The notes under the pieces were generated by a model that was given only the letters and a program-made list of their open reading frames with translations, had not been told where the DNA came from and made no database searches. Below, piece by piece: positions 1 to 11,480 of a DNA stretch of 64,000 bases (the stretch's first letter is position 1; every line of letters starts with the position of its first letter). Origin of the DNA: Camelus dromedarius (Eukaryota); the NCBI RefSeq assembly GCF_036321535.1, contig NC_087453.1, forward strand, positions 44,020,001 through 44,084,000, given 5' to 3'. Made by a program: the position numbers and the translations under genes.

Positions 1-97
1 GGAAGCTGCTGTGAGCGCTCAGTGCTTGCCTGTGGGTGGACATCTGCTCTCTCTTGTCTAGCAGGGGAGTGGGCTGCTGGGGCTGAGGGCCGGCATA

Positions 98-750
98 CAG
101 TCCTACTTATCCGTCGATTCTGTGTTGTGAATTCACCTATTTGCTAGAATAGATTTGTGGTCCCAGAAGTCAGTACTCAGACACACGTCTGCCTCCGTCT
201 GCAGGCACGTGCAGAGCAGCAGGCCAGCTGAGCTGTCCTCCTGGCCGAGGTCTGACAATGCAGTGCTCAGCCTTCTTACTTCAGCTCTCAGACCAGAAAC
301 AACTGTCCTTGTCCAACCATACATTTAGTGCCACATTTTTCTTCTTTTTTTGCATTTCATGCTTTTTGGTGGTGATTTCAGTGTTTAAAATGGCCCCAAG
401 CCTAATGCTGAAGTGCTGTCTGTGTTCCTAAGCGCGAGAGGCTGTGACGTGCCCCTTGGAGAAAGCACGTGCATCAGAGGAGCTTCGTTCAGTCGTGAGT
501 GATCGTGCCGTGGGCCGCGAGTTCGATGCTGATGAATCAACTACTTCTATAGACTAAGGTGTCTTGAAACAGAGACACACGTAGGACAGGGTGATGTATG
601 GATCGGCTGGCGGCATGCTGTGACCAGAGGCTTGTGGGAGCCCCGGCCTGTATCTCCCCCAGGAGCAGAGGTTCCAGAGTCGTGACGTCAGTGTTTGTCA
701 CGACCTCACAGAACAGAGCTACCGTACGTTCAACTTTAATAAATACTGTC
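98..750 (-). mobile_element. TcMar-Tigger non-autonomous DNA transposon, MER82-like
   Basis: Starts TA|CAGTCCTACTTATCCGTCG (TA target plus Tigger-type terminus). Internal sequence such as tggccccaagcctaatgctgaagtgctgtc...gttcctaagcgcgagaggctgtgacgtgcc matches the recalled MER82-type consensus. Length is about 650 bp; the right terminus is degraded and the subfamily name is from memory. Confidence 0.7.
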
Positions 751-764
751 CGACATTTTGCTAA

Positions 765-875
765 AGTGATTGTCCCACCAGGGGAGCTTTTAAATCTCTC
801 CTGGGTCAGGCCACACCCAGACCAATTAAATTAGGACCTCTGGCAGGGGGACCCAGGGACAGTGGTCTAAAAAGC
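765..875. mobile_element. MER5-type hAT-Charlie fragment
   Basis: cctgggtcaggccacacccagaccaattaaattaggacctctggcaggggg resembles the central part of MER5A/B. Confidence 0.5.
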
Positions 876-1505
876 CAATGTCCACAGTCATTGACAAGGA
901 GAGAGGACGGGACAATCCCAGGCCTGTGTAATAGCAATGAACAGTTGTTGATTTCACCTGAAGGTGTTCTTTGGGGTTCTTTTTATTCAGTGCTCTACCC
1001 TCTTTGTCTTTATGTATGGTTTGTGCATGTAAAACATACTGTCAGTGGGAAACAATGGGTCACCTGGAAGGTAATGGACCAGAAGTACCCCCGTAACAAG
1101 CTGCAGCTCTCAGGAGATCACGTGATTGTAGAGAGCGAACGACCGCTTGGCCAGCGGAAATGCAGAAGGACCTACGGGGCTCATGTGCATCTCTTAGCAC
1201 CTGTGATCTTGAGCAGAGGGCGGGGGAGCCAGACACCAATCAGAGAGGCGCTGCTGCAGGAAACCGAGATGAGGACTGACTTCCAAATGCAAAGGAGCAG
1301 CTCCTTGTTACCAGGAAGCCAGCATCTCCTCTCAAAGCCAGCAGGGCCAGTTTCCAGGGTAGTCTGCACAGACTGAGCCAAGAAGAATCAAGTTTGGACT
1401 GTCCCTAGAGGATGAGCTCTGTTGTTGAAATTATTATAATCATTCAGGTGAAAGGTGAGTTTTTGAGATCCACCCCTCAGTGATCAAGATTGTCAAGAGC
1501 TGCTA

Positions 1506-2049
1506 CACTATTTGCAACAGCCAAGACATGGGGACAGCCTAAATGTCCATCAACGGGTGACTGGATAAAGAAGAGGTGGTATATTTACACAGTGGAATAC
1601 TACTCAGCCATAAAAACCGACCACATAACGCCATTTGCAGCAACATGGATGCTCCTGGAGAATGTCATTCTAAGTGAAGTAAGCCAGAAAGAGAAAGAAA
1701 AATACCATATGAGATAGCTCATATGAGGAATCTAAAAACAAAACAAAACAAAACGTAAATACAAAACAGAAACAGACTCATAGACATACAATACAAACTT
1801 GTGGTTGCCAAGGGGGTGGGGGGTGGGAAGGAATAGACTGGGATTTCAAAATTGTAGAATAGATAAACAAGATTATACTGTGTAGCACAGGGAAATATAT
1901 ACAAGATCTTATGGTAGCCCACGGAGAAAAAAAATGTGACAATAAATATATATTTGTTCATGTATAACTGAAAAATTGTGCTCTACACTGGAATTTGATA
2001 CATTGTAAAATGATTATAAATCAATAAAAAATGTTAAAAAAAAAAAAAA
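1506..2049 (+). mobile_element. Young camelid-type L1, 5'-truncated (ORF2 C-terminus, 3' UTR, poly(A))
   Basis: Encodes the ORF2 C-terminal motif WGQPKCPSTGDWIKKRWYIYTVEYYSAIK...WMLLENVILSEVSQKEK. AATAAA and poly(A) end at about 2050. A 20-bp TSD (aagat/ctgtcaagagctgcta) lies at 1486-1505 and 2050-2069. Confidence 0.95.
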
Positions 2050-2244
2050 AAGACTGTCAAGAGCTGCTAAAGGCACTTACTTTACCTGGTCCTCTGGCGC
2101 CAGCTTCCCACCCTGGAGGCGGATACACGATACGTGAAGGTGTCCATGAAACCTATGTATTTGCCTCCTGGGTGGGAAGCTCCAACCAGGAGTGCTCAGA
2201 GTTGAACTGGAAATTGCTGAAGCGGGTGTCTGAGTGGTCCAGTG

Positions 2245-2612
2245 GTTCTCAAATGTGGTTCCCAGACCAAAGCGACAGCGCCACCTGGGAACTTGTTAGA
2301 CATGCAGATGTTCCAGCCCCACCCCCACTGGTTTGCCAGAAGAAACACAGGAAGTCCAGTTAAATGAGAACTTCTGATAAACAACAATGAGTTTTTTAGT
2401 CTAATGTCCCATGCGACATTTGGGACTAAATATTGAAAGTTTATTGTTTAGCCAAAATTCAAATTTAAGTCGTGTATTTTTATTAGCAAATCTGGTCAGT
2501 GTAGAGCCTAGAACTGCGCAACCTGAAACTCTGGGGTTGGGGCTCAGCAGAAGGAGCTTCCGAGCCTTCCTGGGGACTCTGATGTTGACTGACGCTTAAA
2601 AGCCGTTGCTCT
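2245..2612 (+). mobile_element. MER5A (hAT-Charlie) interrupted by a MER53 insertion
   Basis: cagtggttctcaaatgtggttcccagacc...cacctgggaacttgttagacatgcag is the MER5A 5' part. The remainder (gaaactctggggttggggctcagc...gacgcttaaaagccgttgctc) resumes at about 2505. Confidence 0.75.
2328..2503. mobile_element. MER53 palindromic hAT MITE
   Basis: ggtttgccagaagaaacacaggaagtccagttaaat...aaattcaaatttaag...tagcaaatctgg matches the MER53 termini and central atgtccc/tttgggac dyad. Confidence 0.7.
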
Positions 2613-3194
2613 GGTCTCAGCTTCCCGTCTCGTCCAGTTGCCCTAGGAAAGGATTACTTCTCCTCTAGTCATGGCTCAGAGGTTGGACTGTACTAGCAAG
2701 AAACGTCTGAAATCTGTGCCCAGTATTTTTCTCAAATTGGAACTGAGTAACTCATTATCCATTTCCCTTCACTTCGTGTTGGGCAGAGCCCCGGTTCTGA
2801 CCTTCTCTCTAGATACGGGTGAATGCTTCCAGGTGCACGGTCCTGCGTTGTGGTGACTGCGCCCTTTGCAGTTTGCTGCTGCGTGGGACCTCTGACCAGG
2901 CAGCTGGCAAGGCTGCCTGCGTCCGAGCCCGATGGTGAGACTGGGGTACAGACTTCTCTGTCTCCTTGCTGCCACCCCACAGTAGAAGTTGGGCTTTCTC
3001 CCCTCCGGAGTCCACCAAAGGCTTGCCTTTCCTGGATCGGGTGACAGATAATACAGTGATGCCATCCCAGGCCTCCTTCTACAGCAAGAGCCACCACTTC
3101 ACAGCAGGGACCTATTATCACTGGGTATCTGAGCAGCATAGGTCCCAGGAAAAAGAATTAGAGTCTGAGAAATGGTGCTAACAGTAAAAATCAC

Positions 3195-3400
3195 CAGCAT
3201 TGCTGAGTACCTGCCAGATGCCAGGCGTTGTGCTAAAAGCATAACATACAACATCTCATTTAGTCTTCATAACAGCGCTGTGAACTCAGGGCTGCTTCAC
3301 TCATTTTAAGGTAAGGCAGCTGAGACCTAGCAAGGGCACACAGTCTCACAACTGAAAAATGGAAGGACCAAGATTTGAATCCCCGTTTACACGACTCCAC
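3195..3400 (-). mobile_element. MIR SINE
   Basis: gagtacctgccagatgccaggcgttgtgctaa...ctcatttagtcttcataacagc...gcagctgagacctag...gatttgaatccc is a typical antisense MIR core. Confidence 0.75.
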
Positions 3401-4195
3401 AGCTGTTGCTGTCAACTATAATGTCCATGGGTTTCCTTTTGGGAAGCTGACATCATTAGATGCCACTGAGCTAGACACATATTCATTGGCCCCCATGGAG
3501 CCCCTCCATGTGCAGGCACCGCGAGGGGCTGTGGGAATCGGAGATGCCTTACAGGCCCTGTACTGAGAGTCACGCACGGGTGGTAGAACCATGTGCTTGA
3601 GATAATAACCATTCTCTCTCCCCAGTGTATTTGTCCTCCCTCACCGAGCCAGCCCTGTGCACTCAGGGAAGGACTGGGGCAGCAGAAAACACAGAAGAGA
3701 AAGAGTCTGTCTTGTTGGCTCCTGGGTTTTGGAGCCTTAGATACTTTGGGGGAATGGGAAGGACACCCAGCATAGAGAAGAGATTAAGGAAGATGCTTCA
3801 TGGAAGAAGCAATTATTTCCCAGTCTTTCCTTAGACCAGAAAAGGATTTCTATCACAGGAGAGAGGGACGGTGATGGACCACAGGAGGCGAGGCTTCTTG
3901 GTCCTGCCTCCTGGGTCACGTCCTAGGGAGGTGACCGAGCCTCCAGACGGTTGTGTGGACCATAAGCTCAGGGTGGTCTTGGACCTTGCTGCCAGGGAGA
4001 GTCTCAGAAAGTCCCCAGGGTAGAAATGGTCCCACTAGTATCTGGGCAGACCATGCTTTGGATGCCCTAGTGGTGTTTTCTGCACTTCAGCGTGGCACCA
4101 TCCCAGAGGATGAACTTTAATGTACCTAAAAAAGGCACCTGAAATAACATCAAGAACTTCAGGACCTAAGGGAGCCACTGGTGGGAACAAGGGAT

Positions 4196-4209
4196 ATCTC
4201 CATGGCAAC
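4196..4209. promoter_or_regulatory. RFX X-box-like motif ATCTCCATGGCAAC
   Basis: Matches the GTNRCCATGGYAAC X-box consensus with a perfect right half. Sequence motif only. Confidence 0.3.
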
Positions 4210-4854
4210 GTGCACAGTCCGATGCCCACCGCAGTGCCCTTCAGGGCAGAGAGATGACACTGAAGACCAGACGACCACTTCCCTAGTAATGGCACTAACC
4301 TTAACTCCTAAAACTTAGACACTGGGAAAGAGGAAGTAATCCCAGGTGACTGCGGTTTTTACTATCTAAGCTGAGTGGGACTTAAAATAGAAATTAATGC
4401 AAGTGATAGAAAAATAGAAACAGTTGTCTGCTCAATTGTGCCAGGAAAAATTGGGAAGCCTTTGGAATTGGGGAAAAAGCTCACTGGGTGTCCTGTCTAG
4501 AGAGGCACCCTTCCAGGCTATCTTTGCCTTTCATTGTCTTTGAGCTATTTTACTATAAGTTAAGCAAAACTATAGTAATTCAAATGATTCTTGTCCACAG
4601 AAATATAAATAAATTGTGCCTGACGGAGATGCAATTAATCATTGCCCAAAGGGTATTGGCCAGTTTTGCACCTCTGTGAAAATTCATTTCAGGATTTATA
4701 TTGTCTACATATATGGATGTTTGCTGAATTCTCTTTTGAGCTGATTACAGTATCTTAATGGTTCATTATTGATGAGTTAAGTCAGTCTCTGACATGTATT
4801 CATTTTATAACTGTATGAGATAATTTTGCCTTTGAAAAAAATTATCCTTAACTT

Positions 4855-6727
4855 TTGGTTTCTGGTCTGGTATGCAAGGAGCTTGGAAGTCATCACTTCG
4901 TTTTAACAACTAGTAAAAAGCTGAACAAACTGGAACATCAACAACTCTTCTTAGATTCAACAGAGAAGTGATTCACAGAGCAATCTGCTGCCCCTTAAAT
5001 TAGAGAGAGGGAGAGGTGGCTACAGAGAATCACGACTTACTGGAGCAGAAACGTCCATGGGAACCAGCTCCAGGGTAGGAAAACCGGCACTGTAATTGAT
5101 GAATCTCTGGCAGCTTGGTGTGGACAATTCTGAGAAGTAAAAACTTCAGGAGAAGGCAGTCTTGGGGTTGGGAGGCTCTCGCACTTGTGAATTTTAACTC
5201 CAGGAACTCTAGCAGGCTCTCACAGTGAAGGATGGAGGCAAAGTTGATGAAATAAATCAAAGAATGAAAGAAATGGAGAGATACTCCATGTTCACGGGTA
5301 GGAGCTCAGCATAGTCAAGCTGTCAGCTCTAAATTCATCCATAGATTTAAGACAATCTCAATCAAAATCCCAGCAGGTTATTTTGTGGATACTAACAACC
5401 TGATTCTAAAGTGTACATGGAGGGTAGAAGGTATAATCTCAGAACAGCCAACACAATGTTTCACGAGTAGGACAAAGTTGGAGGGCTGTTGTTTTTAGAT
5501 ACAACACCAAAGGCAAGATCTGTTAAAGAAATAATTGGTAAGCTGGAAGTCATTAAAACTGAAAACTTCTGCTCTGTGAATAATACTGTCAGGAAAGCGA
5601 GAAGACAAGCCACAGACGGGGAGGACATATTTGCAAAAGACATACTTGATAAAAGACTATTGTCCAAAACATACAGAGAACTCTTAAAACTCATGAGGAA
5701 GTGAACAACCAGATTAAAAATGGGCCAAAGATCAGAACAGACACATCACCAGAGAAGATGTACAGATGGCAAATAAGCATCTGAAAAGATGCTCCACATC
5801 GTATGTCAGGAGGGAAATGCGAACTAAAACAACAGCGAGACACCACTACACACCTGTTAGAATGGCCGAAATCCTGAACGCTGACGGCACCAAGCGCTGG
5901 CAAGGATGTGGAGCTACGGGAAGCCCCTCTCGCTTCTGGGGGGGACGCACAGCGCTGCAGCCACTTTGGAAAGCAGGTTGGTTGTTTCTTACAAAATTAA
6001 ACACACTCTTACCATACGGTCCAGCAATCCCACTCTCGGTATTCACCCAGCGGAGCTGAAAACTCGTGAACACAAAAGCCTGCACATGGCTGTTTATAGC
6101 AAATGTACTCATAATTGCCAGAACTTGCAAGCAACCAAGTTGCCCTTCAGTAGGTGAGTGAAGAAATAAACTGTGGCACATGCTGGCGAAGGAATCTTAT
6201 TTAGCAATGAAAGAAATGAGCTATCAAACCATGAAGAGACGTGGAGGAAANNNNNNNNNNNNNNNNNNNNNNNNNNNNNNNNNNNNNNNNNNNNNNNNNN
6301 NNNNNNNNNNNNNNNNNNNNNNNNNNNNNNNNNNNNNNNNNNNNNNNNNNNNNNNNNNNNNNNNNNNNNNNNNNNNNNNNNNNNNNNNNNNNNNGTGATC
6401 GGCAGAACACAGACGATTTTTACGAAAGTGGAACTACTCTGTGTGGTACTGTAATGGTGTGGACGTGCCATTACACATTGGTCCAAACCCATGGAATGTA
6501 CACCACCAGGAGTGAGCCGTACTGTACACTGCGGACGCCGGGTGATTATGGTGTGTTAATTTGGGTTCTTCAGTTGTAGCAAATATACCACTTTGGTGGG
6601 GGATGTTGATTGTCGGGGAGGCTGTGCGTGTGCGGGGGACAGGGGCTGTACGGGAAATCTCTGTACCTTCCACTCAGTTGCTGTGAACCTAAAACTCCTC
6701 TAAAAATATAAGCATATTTTTTTAAAA
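4855..6727 (+). mobile_element. L1MC1/L1MCa-type LINE with large internal deletions (5' UTR, two ORF2 pieces, 3' UTR)
   Basis: 4855-5230 resembles the recalled L1MCa 5' end (aaggagcttggaagtcatcac...aaaaagctgaacaaactg). 5235-6250 are ORF2 remnants (IIGKLEVIKTENFCS..., HLKRCSTS..., TIRSSNPTLGI). 6395-6727 is the L1MC1 3' UTR (gggaaatctctgtaccttcc...gctgtgaacctaaaact). Confidence 0.85.
6251..6394. other. Assembly gap/masked run (144 N) inside L1
   Basis: N-run seen directly. Confidence 1.
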
Positions 6728-6806
6728 GTCACCCAAAATGAACTCATACACCGTGTTAACAGTGTTTTATCTCTGCCCTTGGAGTGAAGAAGGCTGGTAC
6801 CTTATT

Positions 6807-7034
6807 TTTTTTTAATCGAAAGATAATTTATTTACAACATTGCATTAGTTTCTGGTGTACAGAATAGTGATTCATTTATACATATTTGTATTCTTTTAAA
6901 TTATACGTCATTACGGATATTGAATACAGTTGCCTGTGCTCTGCAGTAGGGCCTTGTTTGCCTATTGTGTATGTAGGAGTTTGCATCTGCTAATCCCAGA
7001 CTCCTGATTTATCCCTCTCCTCCGCTTTCTCCTT
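6807..7034 (-). mobile_element. Cetartiodactyl L1 3' end fragment
   Basis: Poly(T), then tttacaacattgcattagtttctggtgtacag...ctgctaatcccagactcc. Degenerate TSD g(g/a)tacctt(a/g)tt at 6796-6806 and 7035-7045. Confidence 0.85.
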
Positions 7035-7274
7035 GATACCTTGTTCTTGATATTTTCAAGTTTGAAATACAAAATCCGAAAGATGTTCACACCCCCACAT
7101 ATGAGGACAGTAGCGTGTACTTTCCTTTATGCGTCAGTGTTCCGAAGAGAGCTGGAAAGGGAAATGAAATGAGGGGTCACCCGGTGTTGCACCACGAGGT
7201 TAACGCCTTAGAGGGGGCTTGCCGGCTTGTGTGGTTTATCGGTTCACGTGGACAGAGGGGACAAGGATGGGGGC

Positions 7275-7540
7275 TGACATTACTGAGATATACTGTCTAC
7301 CTTGGTTTTATTTCCTCTAGAAGGAAAGCCTGAGACAAGGGTTCAAGTGCTTTATTTGGGTGGTGGGGGGAACCCCAGGAGAGGAGTCAGGAGAGGGTGC
7401 AAGGAAGGGAAAGCAACCACGAGAGGGCTTGCCATCAACTCAGCCACCACTGTGGGCACCTAGGGCTTGAGTCTGCTGGGAACAGCTAGAAGAGGCTAGA
7501 AAAGGCTAGAAGGGTTATTGTACTCAAGGGGAAAGGGAGC
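7275..7540 (-). mobile_element. LTR16-type ERVL LTR fragment
   Basis: gcctgagacaagggttcaagtgctttatttggg...ccaccactgtgggcacctagggcttgag matches the recalled antisense LTR16. Confidence 0.6.
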
Positions 7541-7924
7541 TGGGATATTAAAAAATTAGCCTCTAACACTTGTCAGCGTTGGGGCTTGAGATTCCTACCT
7601 GCACCAGGTGTGTTTGTGGAGGGAGAAGGCATGACTGGATTTGTCTGGGGCCTGGGCTGGTGGGTCAGGAAGACTAAGGAGGTGATGTTAAAGGGGGGTC
7701 TTGGTGAAAAGAGAGGAAGAGTCATCCAGAAAGAATAGATAGCACGGCCAAAGGAGGAAGCGGGAACAGTATGGCGAGTCCAGAGGAGGGTGCAGTGTCT
7801 GTTCATCTGGCCATCTGGTCATCCAGTCATCTGGTCACCTCACGCTGTAGAAGCCTGGGCTCGAGAAAGGGCAGGGAGTGGAGGGATGGGCTGCAGCCGG
7901 TCACAGAGGGTCTCGTTCTCATTC

Positions 7925-8120
7925 ATCTGGAATTTGTCCTGTAAGCCAGGGGGAGGCATGGAAGGGTTTTAAATAAGGTCAGATTTGCCTTTTAGAAACA
8001 TCTTTTGGGCCATGGTGGAGATGGAGCGTGGGAGGGACACGGAGGCAGAGCAGCTGGCTGGAGAGGGTGAAGAGGTCCTGGGAGAGCTGGGGGAGGAGAG
8101 TGGCAGGAGGAAGGGATGCA
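7925..8120 (-). mobile_element. L2 fragment
   Basis: tggaatttgtcctgtaagcca...ggaagggttttaaataaggtcagatttgccttttagaaacatc is antisense L2. Confidence 0.6.
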
Positions 8121-8214
8121 GGAGTCTGGGGTGGGGACACGCCGGAGACGGAGGCCTTGCGACAGCTTCACCTTTTAAAGTAATGACAGCAATGCTATGA
8201 GGTGGTGCTTGTTT

Positions 8215-8870
8215 TCTTTTTAACTTAAAACTTTGGAAGCAATTTCAGATCTACAGAAAACATGTAAGAATATTTTTCCCGACTGAGAATAAGTCACAGA
8301 CATGCTCTCCCTCTGCTCCTTTATTCTTTACCCCTTTAGTCTTCAGAGTATATTTCTCCAAAACAAAAATCCTCTTAGAGGACCGCTACCCAGTTACAAA
8401 AATCAGGAAATTAAGCGTTTATAGAATACTGCCCTGCATATAGGCATCATTTGGATTTCAGTCCTTTACAGCAGGGAAAAAAAAAACCCTGGCTCCAACA
8501 CTGCAGTCAGTTGTCAGGTCTTTTAAATCTCCCACAGTCAGGAGCGTTTTGTCTTTCATCACCTTGACGTTTTTGAAGAGTGCAGGCCGGTTCTGTTGTA
8601 GCCTGTTCCTCGTTTGGAGTTTCTCTGATGTCTCCCCACGATGTGATTCAGGTTGTGCGCTGTGGGCAGGAGTTCACAGAGGCGCGCGCTGCCGGGAAGC
8701 ACCAGACTCCCGATCTGTCTCATTGCGGGAGGAGCGGGCGATAACGTGGGTCACTCAGCTAAGGGGGTGTCTGCCAGGCTTCTCCCCTACGAAGTGGCTA
8801 CTTTGCCCCTTGTAGTTCATAAGCATCTTGTGGAAGATACTTTGAGACTGGCCAAACATCCTGTTACTCC
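8215..8870 (-). mobile_element. L1MC4/5-type 3' end
   Basis: actttggaagcaatttcagatctacagaaaac...accttgacgtttttgaagagtgcaggcc...gtgtctgccaggcttctcc...gaagatactttgagact is the characteristic antisense L1MC 3' UTR. Confidence 0.7.
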
Positions 8871-10439
8871 TCAGACTGTCCCCTTGAGATGGTTATTTTT
8901 AACCCACACTTTCCAGCTGCAGAAACTGAGGCTCAGAGAAATGAAGCGGCCTGTCCAGCAAATGGCGTTTAGCACGTAAAGCTCCAGTTGGAATTTCCTG
9001 ACTGCAGATCATGCCTCTGTGTCTTCTCTGCTCCTGGATTAACAGTGTCAGTTCCTAAAACCATCGTCCCTGGTGTGGCCGATGCTGCCAGCGCCTCAGC
9101 CTGTCCCCTCAGCGCAAAGGCTCGGCCTCCCTCCCAGGTCCCAGCACCTGAGGGCCCTGCGTGGCCACGGCAGCTGTCTTCCACCCTCCCCGAAAGCCAC
9201 TGGGGAGATGGGGTCTTCTGAGCACCAGCCGCCACAGTCCTCACTCAGCCCTGCCATGAACGCTGTGCTCAGCTCACCACAGCCTGGTGAGTTGGCTTTG
9301 CAGTTAGGTAACTCTTACCAAGGTCGGTTCCAAATGAAGGCCCATTTCTGTCAGCTGGAGGTCGAGGCACGTGGCTGCCAGCGTGTGACCACCTCTCCCT
9401 CTCTGCAGCCATTGTCTTCACACACTCGCTTGCAGCACAAAGGAAACTCCTCCCCTTCCTCCACCGCTGTCCTCCCCCCAGCCCAGATGTCACCTGGGGT
9501 CACAGGTACGTGGGGGCTTCTCTGCGTGGAGTCCAAGATGGTTTCTCACCTGGCCGCCAGGTGGGAGCCCAGCTGGGCTGGCGGCCTCTGCAGCTCGGTG
9601 GTCTCCAGGCAGACGGCTTGTTAGCTGGCAGCTGTCCCCACTCCCCCCTTCCCCAGAGCGAGCGTCCCATGAGGACCCTGAGGGGCTGCAGGACTTCTCC
9701 CACCTGGCCTGGCAGGGACTCTGCCTCTCTGCGGGATAACAAGTGAGTCCCTGGGGTGAGCCCAGGTTGGAGGGCAGGGGAGCGGGCCCCAGCTCTGAGG
9801 GAGGGGTGCTGAGCAGTTTGCAGACACGCTCTCAAGCCATGATGATGGTGGCGTGATTTCCATGTTCTCTGTGCCTTCATAGATATTTTGGTGGAAAAGT
9901 GGGAGACTCTAGTTTTGTCATGTTTAGGGGAAGAGCCCTCCCCTGCTGGTTTTGGGGGACCTGGTCTGCGCTCCTGGTGGTGGAAGGGAGGCCCGGTCCA
10001 GGCCGCAGCAGAGGCCTTCCTGTTGGCCTGTCCGACTCGCAGGGGACACAGGAGAAGGCAGCTGGGGCATCACCTAAGCAAGGGCTGACTGAAGCCTGGA
10101 GCAGACCTGAGGGCCTGCACTTTGATGAGCTGCTGGGCCCCTGGACCACACTTTGGAGAGGAGGGGGCTGTGGGCGTGTCCTGTGTGGGACGTAGGCTAA
10201 GAGTGGGCTTTACCTTTCTAAAGGGTTTTAAAGGCACAAAGAGGAGTGTGTGACAGAGACCATCCTGACCTGCAGAGCTCAAAACGTTTCTGATCCCCGA
10301 TTCAAGCCGTATGGAGTCTGTGAGGTTCCTGCTCTGTGGTCTGTCCCAGCTCCTGTGACGGATCTGGGGCCCTTGGGGGCACCCCGAGCTGGGCTGCACC
10401 CCCAGGGATGGCTGAGAAAACTCTTCCCCCTCCCCTCCT

Positions 10440-11480
10440 TGACTTGACTCCTTGAACTTTCACCTCTCTGACCCCCCTCCCCCCCCGCCAGCCCCACCAG
10501 CCCTCCCTCGGTGCTGAAACCTCAGGGGGGGTGTCCAGACATTCACCCCCAACCCGGGGCTGGCGAGGGGCTGGGGGGAGGGTGGGGGGGGCGACTGCTG
10601 CCGTCCCCAGGGTGGGGGTGGGGTGGGGTCGGGGGAAGAGGCCCATCTGCCCTTGGGGAGTAGGGTCTGAAGGACAAGGCTGACCTTCCACCCCGCCAAG
10701 GCTAATTTCCCACACTTACATCCACACGTAGCTGGGGTCCTTTAAAGCGAGACCCGCAGTGCCTTGACACTCCTCCCGTTGAGCGGCAGGATCTGTGCTC
10801 CCTTCCCCTGCTCTGCTTCTGTGCCTGTCTGACCAGGAGAGCACAGCCGAGGTGACGTGCTGCCAGTTCTCTGGCCCAGGCCGTTTCTTCTCCCTGCCTC
10901 TTGCGGGGCTGCCCTTCCGAACCCAGCTGCCAGGCTGCGAGGAGGCCCAGTGGCCTGGGAGGGGCCACGGGGACAGGATCCAAGGCCACCGGCCACCGCT
11001 GGCTGAGCTCCCAGCTGACAGAAGCCCCACCTGGGAACGAGGGGAGCGGGTCATAATCAGCGTGGACCCCCCGCCCCCACCCCAGCCTCCAGGGAGGAGC
11101 TGCCCCAGCACAGCGCGCCCAAACGGCAGACTTGTGAGCAGAACAGTTATTTGCGGTTGTTTTAGGTCACGGCTTTCCTGAAGCAGCGATGGAGAACTGG
11201 GGCACCTACCCTGAAAGGTCTCTCTTGCTGGCTCACACGAGGCTCCCAACGGCACTCCCAGGCCTGGGATGTGTCAGCACTCAGGAAACGCAGGGTGACA
11301 GAGACGGAACGCAAGCCTCTCCTGCTGCAGCTGGACGGGGAGGGCTCGCCGAGACTGCTCGCCCACCCTTTGCCATTTCGCCCTGCTCTGGGGCGGTCCC
11401 ACCCCACCGGCAGCAGCAGTCAGAGGCCAGGGGAAAATACATTTGTCACAAAAACAAGGCATGCTGACCACCCAGCAGTG
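10440..11480. promoter_or_regulatory. GC-rich, CpG-containing, G-quadruplex-prone promoter/enhancer-like region
   Basis: Multiple G4-6 runs (10545-10635) and C-runs (10470-10505), elevated CpG, no recognisable repeat, and a GAT|gtaagt minus-strand donor at 10720. Confidence 0.35.

Noticed and set aside
4035-4295. Minus-strand ORF containing FFRYIKVHPLGW, reminiscent of a discoidin/F5-8 domain C-terminus
   Set aside because: The similarity is only ~8 residues. The flanking F5/8 motifs are missing and I found no supporting exon structure or neighbouring exons.
9073-11255. Long overlapping ORFs (up to 183 aa) in the GC-rich 9-11 kb region
   Set aside because: They are low-complexity P/G/S/R-rich translations open on both strands, as expected from GC content, with no recognisable domain.
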